Below the pieces are notes generated by a model. It did no database searches, was not told the origin of the DNA, and saw only the letters and a list, made by a program, of their open reading frames with translations. Below, piece after piece: positions 53,777 through 63,132 of a stretch of DNA of 64,000 nucleotides. The position numbers were made by a program, and so were the translations under genes. How positions within the stretch are numbered: position 1 is the stretch's first letter; the number at the start of each line of letters is the position of its first letter. Where the stretch lies: contig CAYOPZ010000001.1 of the NCBI GenBank assembly GCA_964406005.1, positions 64,098 through 128,097 of the forward strand, in the 5' to 3' direction. This DNA comes from an uncultured Bacteroidaceae bacterium (GTDB taxonomy: Bacteria > Bacteroidota > Bacteroidia > Bacteroidales > SM23-62).

Positions 53777-54427
53777 TTAGTAGGCTATTACAGGTTTCTG
53801 ATGCACAAATTCATTTGAGTTCATTTGCTTTATAATAAAGTCTGCGAGGTCGGCACGACTGATTTTTCGTCCACCCTTGGGACAATGATTCGATCGAACT
53901 CTGTATTTTCCTGTATAAGGTTTATTGGTTAGATAAGTTGGACGTACGCAAATCCAGTTAATATCCTGCGTATCGTCCAAAACTGTTTCCCATCTGGTTT
54001 GATCGTAATACACTTTGTTGAAATTAGGACGTATGATGCGGTTCATGAAGAAGTTGTCAGTAGAAGGATCACTCATATCAATTAATCCCGAAGTGATTGT
54101 GATAAGCTTTTCTATTCCTGCAGATCTCATTGCAACAAGGATATTTCTGCCACCCCGGGAATATATTTCGGTATAACCATTATCTGTACCTGTACCCAAT
54201 GCAGATATAATCAAGTCACAACCTGTAAAAAACTCTTTAAGTTTATCAAGGTCGAAAACTCCTCCTTCACACATTTCAATCTGACCTTCATGCAATTGCT
54301 GAATATCTTCAAGGTCAAACTTTGCGGGACTGCGTACCAACACTTTTACGTCAAGATTATCCTGAACCAGTCTTTTTAATATCTCGGATCCGGTTTTCCC
54401 CGTTGCTCCTAATAAAAATACCTTCAT
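53777..54427 (-). CDS. NAD(P)H-binding atypical SDR (NmrA / BVR-B-like)
   Basis: MKVFLLGATGKTGSEILKRL is a Rossmann motif. The gene is visibly AT-richer than its neighbours; this was not computed. Confidence 0.7.
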   Translation of the reverse strand: MKVFLLGATGKTGSEILKRLVQDNLDVKVLVRSPAKFDLEDIQQLHEGQIEMCEGGVFDLDKLKEFFTGCDLIISALGTGTDNGYTEIYSRGGRNILVAMRSAGIEKLITITSGLIDMSDPSTDNFFMNRIIRPNFNKVYYDQTRWETVLDDTQDINWICVRPTYLTNKPYTGKYRVRSNHCPKGGRKISRADLADFIIKQMNSNEFVHQKPVIAY

Positions 54428-54610
54428 CTTTTTCTAAATTCTGTTAATCCTGAAATTCTGACAAAGTTAGGTATACTGGATATGCTGTGCTTTTAAGAAT
54501 CGTATAAAAACTGGGACAAACCGTGCATTTTTAAAATCTGATCATTAATTTCATTTAATATGTGTATGGAAAAAGGTTTTTTATGGAAGTTCGTTCTGAC
54601 GATAAAGCGC

Positions 54611-56338
54611 TTACATTGTAGCGGAAGCCCTGCCTCCCTTAACGCTTTCGACCTTAACTGTATATTTATTTCCCCCTTTAACGATCCACCTCACCTTGAC
54701 CCGGCTGTGACCGGGGATATTTTCCACTTCAATCCTGGCCGGATTGTCCTTCTGCTCGGTACAGATGTTCATATCCTCGTTGATGACATACATTCCTGCA
54801 ACCACTTCACCGCCTTCAATTGTAACATAATCGGGCGGGTCTATCCTGTACCTGAGATTCTGACCTGAATGAGTGGGCATCATCCGGCGGTTTGCAATTG
54901 TGGCAGTGACCTGTTTAAGGTTTCCTTCGATCTTTACTATCTTAATATCGGATACTTCCAGCTTTGGTGTCTGGTACGCATGGTAGATGCAGAAAGCACT
55001 GTTCCTGTGAGCGTCAGCTTCCAGAAGGAAACCCGGGTGCAGCCTTCCGTAATTCTTGTCAAAACCGCCGATTTCAACCATACCGTACACCGGGTGATCA
55101 TATTCCTCCCAGGGAATGAATGCATCTTCAAATAGCAGTAATTTATCGAATTCATAACTGTCCACGTTGTCTTCATCGTAGAACATCAGATAAGATGTCC
55201 ACAGTTCATTTGAATAGATATAGGTTCCGAGGAATCCGTACCACCAGTCGAGTTCTCCCCCGTATACGGTATACAGGTCATCCCATATGGTAAGCAGGCT
55301 GTAGCCCGGGATCATTTTTTCTCCCACTTTCCCGATCTCGTTCATCACAAATTCATCCGCCCTTGTATAAACTTCGGAGCCACCTCCCTGTATACTCGGT
55401 CCCTTGAGGATCATCCCCCCGGAATTATGGAATGTCTGGGCGCCTGCAATATTCCGATGCTTCAGTCCGAAGTCCCTGACGGCCCTGTTTTCCGGGAAAG
55501 TGAACGGATATTTGTCTGCCCCGTACTGCACATAATCAGGTTCCCAGTTGTAGCCCCAGTCACGGTTTGGATCATAAAAACCCGGTCTGTCCTCGTTTAC
55601 CAGCCCGTCGCCATCGTTATCCAGCCCTTCATATCCGAGCAGCTCATATTCTCCTTTTTCCCCGGGAGCCACACGTATCATTCGCCTGGGGTCGGAAGGA
55701 TCAACCCTGTACTCCCCCTCCGGGTTTTTCCGCCTTATCTGGCTGATCACGCCGTCATTGTTCAGATCATCAAATCCGTCTTCGTCAACCAGTCCGTCGC
55801 GGTCGTCATCCCTGGGCATCATGCCTGACCTGGGGGAGTGCTGGGTATTGGCCTCGTAAATAAAATCTTCACGGGCATCAGGATTTATAGTGGGTATGAT
55901 ATAGAAGACCTTTTCATCGAGAAGCTCATGTATAAAATCATTCTCCCCGTACATTTCGGCAAGGTACCATGCGGTATACATAGCCATCTCCGAACCCTGC
56001 AACTCGTTTGAATGGATGTTCCCGTCGATATAATATCCGGGCTTGCTGCCAGGGTCGAGGTTCCTGTGATTGGTAACGATAAGGACAAGCATGTCCCTGC
56101 CTTGATATGATTTTCCGGCAGATTCCACCTTTACCAGATCGGGATAGGCCTTTTCAAGCTTTCCGGCGAAATCGCTTATGCCTGAATATGTATAATACTT
56201 ATCCCAGCTCATATTAACCTTTGGATTTACAGGCGTGCCGGCAGCCTTGAAGAACAATTCGCTGTCCTGTGCTGAAAATTTCATGCCTATCAGCAATGCA
56301 GCTGTTATCAACAGTATTTTACGGATCTTATTCATCAT
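54611..56338 (-). CDS. Secreted M14-family zinc carboxypeptidase with Asp-rich Ca-binding-like inserts
   Basis: It has a signal peptide, the HxxE motif (GNIHSNELQG), the second zinc His (TFHNSGG), and the inserts DDDRDGLVDEDGFDDLNNDG and LDNDGDGLVNED. Confidence 0.8.
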   Translation of the reverse strand: MMNKIRKILLITAALLIGMKFSAQDSELFFKAAGTPVNPKVNMSWDKYYTYSGISDFAGKLEKAYPDLVKVESAGKSYQGRDMLVLIVTNHRNLDPGSKPGYYIDGNIHSNELQGSEMAMYTAWYLAEMYGENDFIHELLDEKVFYIIPTINPDAREDFIYEANTQHSPRSGMMPRDDDRDGLVDEDGFDDLNNDGVISQIRRKNPEGEYRVDPSDPRRMIRVAPGEKGEYELLGYEGLDNDGDGLVNEDRPGFYDPNRDWGYNWEPDYVQYGADKYPFTFPENRAVRDFGLKHRNIAGAQTFHNSGGMILKGPSIQGGGSEVYTRADEFVMNEIGKVGEKMIPGYSLLTIWDDLYTVYGGELDWWYGFLGTYIYSNELWTSYLMFYDEDNVDSYEFDKLLLFEDAFIPWEEYDHPVYGMVEIGGFDKNYGRLHPGFLLEADAHRNSAFCIYHAYQTPKLEVSDIKIVKIEGNLKQVTATIANRRMMPTHSGQNLRYRIDPPDYVTIEGGEVVAGMYVINEDMNICTEQKDNPARIEVENIPGHSRVKVRWIVKGGNKYTVKVESVKGGRASATM

Positions 56339-56359
56339 TTCGGGTTTATTGTTGTTTGA

Positions 56360-58012
56360 TTATTTCAGCTCGAATGTTATTTCAGCCGATCCGCATTGAA
56401 TCGCACCGATGGTAATGGTATATTTACCTGTTCCCATGACGAGCCAGTTCGTTTCCCTGGTTTCATCGCCGTTTAACCGTTCAAAGGATCCTATCGCCCT
56501 GCCGCTGAGCAACGTAAAATCATTATCCGATTTCAGTACAATTCGCATGTTTTTGACCCACTTTACCCTTTCACCTATTTTACTTGTAGTTGCGAAAACA
56601 CCTTTATTGTGAACCTTAACGGTGATCCGGAAAATATCATTGTCAAGCTTCTCTGTTTCAAGGTCGAGAAACTCCAGTCCGGGATGCATCTTTGCAGCAC
56701 CGGTAATAAAGGTAAAGTTTGATTCTATTAAACTGTCGAGTGACCCGGCAGGGGGAGTGGTCAGTGCAAAAGGCGGAATGCCTCCTACCTCGACCTGTTT
56801 CCCGGGGAAATCGGGGTGGTCAAGCTTTTCCCACGGAATAAAAACATCCTCATAGGAATGATCGGCCGCAAATTTAAGAAAGGAGGCTTCTTTCGATAAT
56901 CCTTTTTCGGCAGGGAACCACCATCCGGGGGTTGAATAACTGTATCTGCCGTAGTGGTAGTAGGCCCATTCCATGAAATTGCCCGCTTCCCTTTCAAATC
57001 CGGGTGAACCGGTCAGTCCTGTAATTTCAAGATATTTTTCAGACATCAGGTTGTTAAGAATTTCATCTTCTTCCAGGATCGTGGTGATTTTTGCGGGCCC
57101 CCTGCTTCTGCCTTCTCCGCTTCCTTCTCCACCTTCTCTGACTTCCCTTGCCTTGAAAGGTTCGCCCAGGTTATCCTGGGGTCCATATGAGAAAACAACA
57201 AATACATTGAAGTGATCATACAGATAATCGGCAACTGCCCTGGATTCATTTTCCGAATTGGCATTAATGCCGGCCAGACGCCCGTATTCTTCATACTCGA
57301 AAGTAAAATTATTGTTAAAGTTCACGCCTCCCTCGGTATCTTCGTTAAAAGAGCCGTCCCCGTCATTGTCTATCCCTTCGGTCAATACAATCCAGTCTCC
57401 TGTTTCCCCTTTGGCAAGGTCCGCTTCTATCATCAGCCTGGGATCATCTGCGTCAGTAATATAAGTTCCCGAAGGATCCTTAATACGCATGAGTGTAATG
57501 ATACCATCCCCGTTCAGGTCCTCATAAGGATCTTCATCGGTTCTGAAATCCCTGTCGTTATCGGTGGGGTTGGCATTGACCAGCCGTTCATACTTCGGAT
57601 TTCCGAAATACTGGCCGGTGGCATCCGGATTGACATTCGGGAAAAGGTAGAATGTTACCTCATCCAGCAGGGATGTGATATCGGGATCACCTGCCTTTTC
57701 AAGGAGCCTGGCGGCAAAACCTGCGACCAACTCACAGCCCAGGGGATACCTGCCATCGATCCCGCCCAGGATGGCTACCCCCGGCTTGCCGTCGGCGTCA
57801 TCCCGGCCGATCTTCAATACCAGGATATCATTGCCTGCAGCAGTCCTTGCAATGGATTCCAAACTGCACAGGTCCGGGTAATTCCCGCTCAGTTCCTTCA
57901 ATATCCGGTTCATCTCGTCGAGGGTATGATAACCCGACCGGGCATTGGCCTGAGAAGTCCAGCATACCACACAGATGGTCATACATAAAATAAACCTGTA
58001 AAGAATTTTCAT
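56360..58012 (-). CDS. Secreted M14-like paralog lacking zinc ligands (probable pseudo-peptidase)
   Basis: It shares the architecture and inserts of its neighbour (DNDRDFRTDEDPYEDLNGDG, IDNDGDGSFNED). However, IDGRYPLGCEL replaces IDGNIHSNEL, and VFSYGPQD replaces TFHNSGGM. Confidence 0.7.
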   Translation of the reverse strand: MKILYRFILCMTICVVCWTSQANARSGYHTLDEMNRILKELSGNYPDLCSLESIARTAAGNDILVLKIGRDDADGKPGVAILGGIDGRYPLGCELVAGFAARLLEKAGDPDITSLLDEVTFYLFPNVNPDATGQYFGNPKYERLVNANPTDNDRDFRTDEDPYEDLNGDGIITLMRIKDPSGTYITDADDPRLMIEADLAKGETGDWIVLTEGIDNDGDGSFNEDTEGGVNFNNNFTFEYEEYGRLAGINANSENESRAVADYLYDHFNVFVVFSYGPQDNLGEPFKAREVREGGEGSGEGRSRGPAKITTILEEDEILNNLMSEKYLEITGLTGSPGFEREAGNFMEWAYYHYGRYSYSTPGWWFPAEKGLSKEASFLKFAADHSYEDVFIPWEKLDHPDFPGKQVEVGGIPPFALTTPPAGSLDSLIESNFTFITGAAKMHPGLEFLDLETEKLDNDIFRITVKVHNKGVFATTSKIGERVKWVKNMRIVLKSDNDFTLLSGRAIGSFERLNGDETRETNWLVMGTGKYTITIGAIQCGSAEITFELK

Positions 58013-58048
58013 GAGTTATTGGTTATTTAAATTAAAACACCCTTTAAA

Positions 58049-61000
58049 TTACGACTTATTTTTCTTGCCTGATAATTTTATATGTGCCTCACTGATTTTT
58101 TTATCCGGTAAAACCGATGGGCTGCCGAACATCAGATCTTCCCCGGTGCCGGTTTTCGGGAATGCAATTACTTCCCTGATCGAGGTCTTCTTTTCCAGTA
58201 TCATAATTAACCTGTCTATGCCCCATGCAATACCTCCGTGCGGAGGCGCACCGTATTCAAAGGCCTCAAGCATATGGCCAATGCTTTTTTTCATGTTTTC
58301 CAGGTCATATCCCATGTTTCTGTAGGTCGCCTCAAGTATTGCTTTTTTGTGCGCACGTATCGACCCTCCCCCGATTTCATTGCCGTTAACGACCAGATCA
58401 TATTGCTGGGAAATGATACTTCCTATATTCTTTCCCTCAAGGTGATCCTGCAGGGATCCTTTTACAGGCATCGAGAAAGGATTGTGTGAAAACGTCCACC
58501 CGCCGTTGTCTGTTTCTTCAAACAGGGGGAATTCAATGACCCATGCCGGGTGTAATTCATTTGCCCTGATCAGGTTGATCATTTTTCCCAATTCCAGCCT
58601 CACTTCAGAAAGTGCCTTATTGGCCGTTTTATAATCTGCCGCCGAGAAAAATACAATGTCTCCCGGAATTGCTTCGACCCTCTGAATGATCCTGCCGGCA
58701 ATATCTTCCCCTAAATACTTTATTATCGGAGATTGCAGCTCATTTTCATTTACCATGATATAAGCCAGTCCGCCCAGGCCGTTTTTCCGCGCAACCGCAG
58801 TTAAATGTTCGATCTGCCCTTTCGACAAGCGTTTTTCAGATAAGCTGCCGCCTACCTTTATACATTTTACGATACCGCCTTCATCAATGGGTTTTGTAAA
58901 CACCTGGAAGGAAGTTTCCTTAACGATATCGGTAATGTCTTCCATTTCCAGGCCGAAACGCAGATCGGGCCTGTCTGTGCCGTATTTTTCCATCGCCTCG
59001 TAATACCTGAATACCTTAAATGGAAAAAGCTTCCATTTATTCCCGTAAATCCTTTTGACAATCTCGTTGAATAAATTCGTATTGACGTCAATGACATCCT
59101 GCATGCTCACATATGCCATTTCAATATCAAGCTGGGTAAATTCCGGCTGCCTGTCTCCCCTTGAATCCTCATCCCTGAAGCAACGGGCAATCTGAAAGTA
59201 TTTGTCGAATCCCCCGACCATCAGGAATTGTTTGAATTGCTGCGGGGCCTGGGGTAATGTGTAAAATCTCCCCGGGAATTTCCGGCTTGGAACAATAAAC
59301 TCCCGTGCTCCCTCATCCGTGCCGGAACTTAAGATCGGAGTTTCTATTTCAATGAAATTTTTTTCGTCCAGGATATCCCTGATGAGTTTAATGACCCTGT
59401 GGCGGTTTATAATTGTATTTCTTATCACGGTATTCCTGTGGTCAAGGAACTTGTACTTGAACCTGACATTCTCGGAAGATTTTACCGCTCTTCTTATTTC
59501 GAACGGCAGCGTCCTGGCCGTATTCAATATTTCAAGTTCCGTTGTATCCAGTTCCAGTGTACCCGTTCTTATCCCCGGATTGAAATCATCTTCACTTCTG
59601 TGAATGATCTTCCCGCTTACCATAATTACAGATTCCGGTGATATTTTTGCCAGTTCATCCAGACCGGGAAAGTTCTTTCTGTTTAACCTGACCTGAAAAA
59701 TTTCATGACTGGCATCTCTCAGGTCAATAAAAACAAGCTCCCCGTGATCGCGCACACTCGATACCCAGCCTGAAAGAGTGACCGTTTCAGATAAGTTGCC
59801 GGTTGTGAGTTCAGAAACATAATGTGTTCTGTACCGATCCTTTATTATGATATCGGTCCTTCCCCGCCCGCCGGCAGTGGTATCCCCGGTTTCTTTCGTA
59901 ATTTCTATTCCCGGGCTTGTGTCCGTGCTTGTTTCTTCATCCCTGGTTTCAATGCCGGACAACCTGCCGATGATTTTATCCCGGACAAGCTTTCCTGAAG
60001 CTCCTTTCCCGACCTTCGACATGACCATGCCAACCAGTATGCCGGCCCTTTTCAGGTTCCCTGCTTTTATATCACCGGCAATACCGGCATTCTCTTTAAT
60101 GACCTCTTCAATACTTGATTCAAGCTTTTCATCCGAAATGCTGTTATTCTCGATATAGGTTCTATAATCGAAATCCGGATTATTCAGCAGTTCCCCTGCT
60201 GCATGCTGAAAGAGAACAACCGATATTTTTCCCTCTCTGAACAGAGAAAAAATCTCCGTAAAAGCGGGAATGTTGGTGACTTTATGATACTCTTCCGGCT
60301 TCAGGTTATTTGTCAGTGTTTTGGCAACAAATTTCGGATCGTTGATTTTTTCATTAATGCTTAAAAATATGTGCGACCTGACGGGATCGAACGTAAAGAA
60401 TTTGGCATCCTGGGGCAGCACCCCTCCGCCAATCAGGATTGATTCGACAGGAAAGGGCAATAAACTGCTGTCAACCTGTATTTCCTCAACCGCGCTTTTA
60501 ATATTCACAAGAGGGATATCCGGTTCCTGTGCATACCTGTAATCTGCCGAGAACTCCTTCTTACGCATGGTTTTGGTTTGCTTTAAATCGGCATCAAACA
60601 GAACCGTTGTCTGGTCGGGTCTCGGACTTTTGTGCCTGATGAAATAATCAAGCTGTTTTGACACCTCTTCTGTGATGGCCTCCACCATGAACTTGAACGA
60701 GTTGAGATTCTTGATCTCTGCACGTGGATTCAACTCATTCGTTCCTTTCTTACGAAGGGATACGCTGACGTCTGATTTGAATTCACCTTTTTCCAGGTTT
60801 GCTTCCGAGATCTTTAAATTCTGTACGATGCGCTGAAGGTATTGAGCATAGGTTGAAGCATCCTGTATGCGGTGGATACAGGGCTTGGTAACAACCTCGA
60901 TCAGGGGCACACCGGATTTATTGAAATCGACCAGGGTTACACCCCGTTCATGCACCAGTTTTGCCGCATCCTCTTCGATATGCACCTGTTCAAGCTCAAC

Positions 61001-61387
61001 GGAAAACGTTGTTCTGTCATTCCTGTAACATTCAACCCTCCCATCGGGAATGACAGGTTTCTGAAATTGTGTCAGCTGAAAATTCTTCGGCAGGTCGGGG
61101 TATTCATAGTGTTTCCTGTCCCAGCAAATCAGGGTATTGCTCATACTCGAATGAACCGCCTTGCCAAAATAAATCGCCTTACGGATGGCTTCCTTGTTAA
61201 CAGCCGGAAGAACACCCATCTGACCCGTGCAGACCGGGCATATATTCCGGTTTGGCCGGTCAACATCCTCAGTTGCACAGGAACAGAACAATTTTGTCAA
61301 AGTGTTCAGCCTGATATGGGTTTCAAGGCCGATCACCACTTCCAGTCCATACCGGTCCAGCTTCTCCTCTATGTGATTTAATTCCAT
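58049..61387 (-). CDS. gatB-aspS: In-frame fusion of Asp/Glu-tRNA amidotransferase subunit B (GatB) with a complete bacterial-type aspartyl-tRNA synthetase
   Basis: A single 1112-codon ORF. GatB motifs are GLETHIRL, CPVCTGQMGVLP, YPDLPK, HIEEDAAK, EIKNLNSF, ADYRY and a YqeY-like tail. A roughly 40-aa S/T/D/E/G-rich linker follows. AspRS motifs are RTHYVSEL, VTLSGWVSSVRDHGELVFIDLRD, FRDEDSRGDRQPEFTQLDIEM, a GAD insert, GGGSIRAH and AFPKT. Confidence 0.8.
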   Translation of the reverse strand: MELNHIEEKLDRYGLEVVIGLETHIRLNTLTKLFCSCATEDVDRPNRNICPVCTGQMGVLPAVNKEAIRKAIYFGKAVHSSMSNTLICWDRKHYEYPDLPKNFQLTQFQKPVIPDGRVECYRNDRTTFSVELEQVHIEEDAAKLVHERGVTLVDFNKSGVPLIEVVTKPCIHRIQDASTYAQYLQRIVQNLKISEANLEKGEFKSDVSVSLRKKGTNELNPRAEIKNLNSFKFMVEAITEEVSKQLDYFIRHKSPRPDQTTVLFDADLKQTKTMRKKEFSADYRYAQEPDIPLVNIKSAVEEIQVDSSLLPFPVESILIGGGVLPQDAKFFTFDPVRSHIFLSINEKINDPKFVAKTLTNNLKPEEYHKVTNIPAFTEIFSLFREGKISVVLFQHAAGELLNNPDFDYRTYIENNSISDEKLESSIEEVIKENAGIAGDIKAGNLKRAGILVGMVMSKVGKGASGKLVRDKIIGRLSGIETRDEETSTDTSPGIEITKETGDTTAGGRGRTDIIIKDRYRTHYVSELTTGNLSETVTLSGWVSSVRDHGELVFIDLRDASHEIFQVRLNRKNFPGLDELAKISPESVIMVSGKIIHRSEDDFNPGIRTGTLELDTTELEILNTARTLPFEIRRAVKSSENVRFKYKFLDHRNTVIRNTIINRHRVIKLIRDILDEKNFIEIETPILSSGTDEGAREFIVPSRKFPGRFYTLPQAPQQFKQFLMVGGFDKYFQIARCFRDEDSRGDRQPEFTQLDIEMAYVSMQDVIDVNTNLFNEIVKRIYGNKWKLFPFKVFRYYEAMEKYGTDRPDLRFGLEMEDITDIVKETSFQVFTKPIDEGGIVKCIKVGGSLSEKRLSKGQIEHLTAVARKNGLGGLAYIMVNENELQSPIIKYLGEDIAGRIIQRVEAIPGDIVFFSAADYKTANKALSEVRLELGKMINLIRANELHPAWVIEFPLFEETDNGGWTFSHNPFSMPVKGSLQDHLEGKNIGSIISQQYDLVVNGNEIGGGSIRAHKKAILEATYRNMGYDLENMKKSIGHMLEAFEYGAPPHGGIAWGIDRLIMILEKKTSIREVIAFPKTGTGEDLMFGSPSVLPDKKISEAHIKLSGKKNKS

Positions 61388-62796
61388 CAGATTATTCCCG
61401 TTAAGAATCCGGCAAACTTTAAAATTATCTGCTCCTGGTTTTTAGGGGCCGTTATCTGAATACCCGTCTCCGTTCCGACAGGAGATGTCAGCGTGGGTAA
61501 GCCCCCTAAACTGAAACCCACCGTGAAAGCGTCCGATAAATACATTTCCAGCGGATTATCCAGACTGCTGCCGATTTTCGGCGGAGTAACCGGTGACACC
61601 GGTGAGACGATAATGTCAACCTTCTTGAAATCCCGGTTAAAACTACCGGTGATCTGGTTCCTTAAGGCTCTTGCTTTCAAATAGATTTCTTCTGAATGTC
61701 CGTGGGATAATATCTGGTTTCCCCCGATGATTCTTCTTTTGGTTTCTTCTGTAAAATTCCCGGACCTGGTCAGGGCATAACCCTCTTTTAAGGTTTCGGC
61801 CGTTTGCCTTTCGCCGTAACTCATACCGTCCAGCCGTGCCAGGTTCGAAGCGGTTTCTGCCATGGCCAGAATATAATAGGTCGAAACCAGGATATCGGCA
61901 TCAAAGAAATCCAGTACTTCAACCTCAATATCATATTGCTTCAATCTGTCGATAAGCGTTAAGAAATCCTCCTTGATATTTGGATTCAGACTGCTGTTCT
62001 TTATGAAGCTGTTATAATAGCCTATTCTGAAGCCATCTTCGGGAAATTTTTCTTTAAAGATATCCCCGGAAACCGGCGTGGATTCAATGCTTGTCTGGTC
62101 ATGCCGGTCCTTGCCGCTCATAGTGTTCAGTAAAATGCGGATGTCCTCGAGACTTTTGGAAAGGGGTCCCACACAATCCGTGGAAGATGCGTAAGCCATA
62201 AGCCCGTACCTCGAAATTCTCCCATAGGTCGGCTTCAATCCGTAAACCCTGTTAAAACCTGCAGGCTGCCTGATGGATCCGCCCGTATCTCCCCCGATTG
62301 AAAACAAGGTATATCCCCTGGCCACATTAACGGCACTACCCCCGCTCGAACCGCCGGGAACAAGCGCTTCGTCCAATGCGTTCCTTGCCGGTCCGAAAAC
62401 AGTGTTTTCAGTGCTGCTGCCATGCCCGAAACTATCGCAATTCTCCTTAACCACAGGGATTGCTCCTGCATCAACCAATTTTTGAATGGCTGTGGCGGTA
62501 TAGGGAGATTTATAATTTCTGAGAAAATCCGAACTTGCAGATGCGTTGGCGCCCTGAAGAAGAAATACGTCTTTTACTCCGAAAGGAATTCCTTCCAGCA
62601 GTCCGATTTCATTGCCTGCATTTAACTTCTCATCAACTTTCAGTGCCTGCTCCATAGCTGTATCGGTGAGAAGTAAGTTTGCCGTATTATTCGGACTTCC
62701 CTTCAGTTCTTCAATTTTCTGTTTCACCAGACCGGTACATGAAATTCTGCCTTCCTTAAGATCCTGGTGTACTTTGTTTATTTCCGATTCCATCAT
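61387..62796 (-). CDS. gatA: Asp/Glu-tRNA amidotransferase subunit A (amidase signature family)
   Basis: It has GIPFGVKD, GSSTENTVFGPARN, GGSSGGSA and GGDTGGSIRQPA. I prefer the ATG at 62796 over the TTG at 62808. Its stop shares one nt with the gatB-aspS ATG. Confidence 0.85.
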   Translation of the reverse strand: MMESEINKVHQDLKEGRISCTGLVKQKIEELKGSPNNTANLLLTDTAMEQALKVDEKLNAGNEIGLLEGIPFGVKDVFLLQGANASASSDFLRNYKSPYTATAIQKLVDAGAIPVVKENCDSFGHGSSTENTVFGPARNALDEALVPGGSSGGSAVNVARGYTLFSIGGDTGGSIRQPAGFNRVYGLKPTYGRISRYGLMAYASSTDCVGPLSKSLEDIRILLNTMSGKDRHDQTSIESTPVSGDIFKEKFPEDGFRIGYYNSFIKNSSLNPNIKEDFLTLIDRLKQYDIEVEVLDFFDADILVSTYYILAMAETASNLARLDGMSYGERQTAETLKEGYALTRSGNFTEETKRRIIGGNQILSHGHSEEIYLKARALRNQITGSFNRDFKKVDIIVSPVSPVTPPKIGSSLDNPLEMYLSDAFTVGFSLGGLPTLTSPVGTETGIQITAPKNQEQIILKFAGFLTGII

Positions 62797-62797
62797 T

Positions 62798-63070
62798 CTA
62801 GTCCTCAATTACTTTCGGAACAACCAGAAACCCGTTCTTTTCCCTGGGAAAGTTTTTCCTGATCAGTTCTTTTTCTTTTTCAGGGCATCTTTCAATGACA
62901 TCGCTTCTTAAACCTTCAACAGAAACAGCATCAGCATTTGATTCAGGTATGCCATCTCCTTTATTATCCGGAACCGCTTTTTTTATTACACCGAACAATT
63001 TATCTACCGCTTCTGATGATCTGGCTCCTTTAATGCTGGATAAAAGATCCAGGGGCATTATTTTATCCAT
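62798..63070 (-). CDS. gatC: Asp/Glu-tRNA amidotransferase subunit C
   Basis: 90 aa. The C-terminal LRSDVIERCPEKEKELIRKNFPREKNGFLVVPKVIE matches the GatC tail pattern (LRxD...P...dGyf.VPkv). The position upstream of gatA agrees. Confidence 0.7.
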   Translation of the reverse strand: MDKIMPLDLLSSIKGARSSEAVDKLFGVIKKAVPDNKGDGIPESNADAVSVEGLRSDVIERCPEKEKELIRKNFPREKNGFLVVPKVIED

Positions 63071-63132
63071 TGTTTTAATTTATCCCATTTAAATATTTCA
63101 AATCATTATATATCAAGCAACAAAAGTAATAA

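Noticed and set aside
54560-54868. A 102-aa plus-strand ORF in and beyond the 54428-54610 gap.
   Set aside because: Most of it is antisense to the 3' end of the M14 peptidase gene, and it has no motifs. The remaining intergenic part is AT-rich promoter- or terminator-like sequence.
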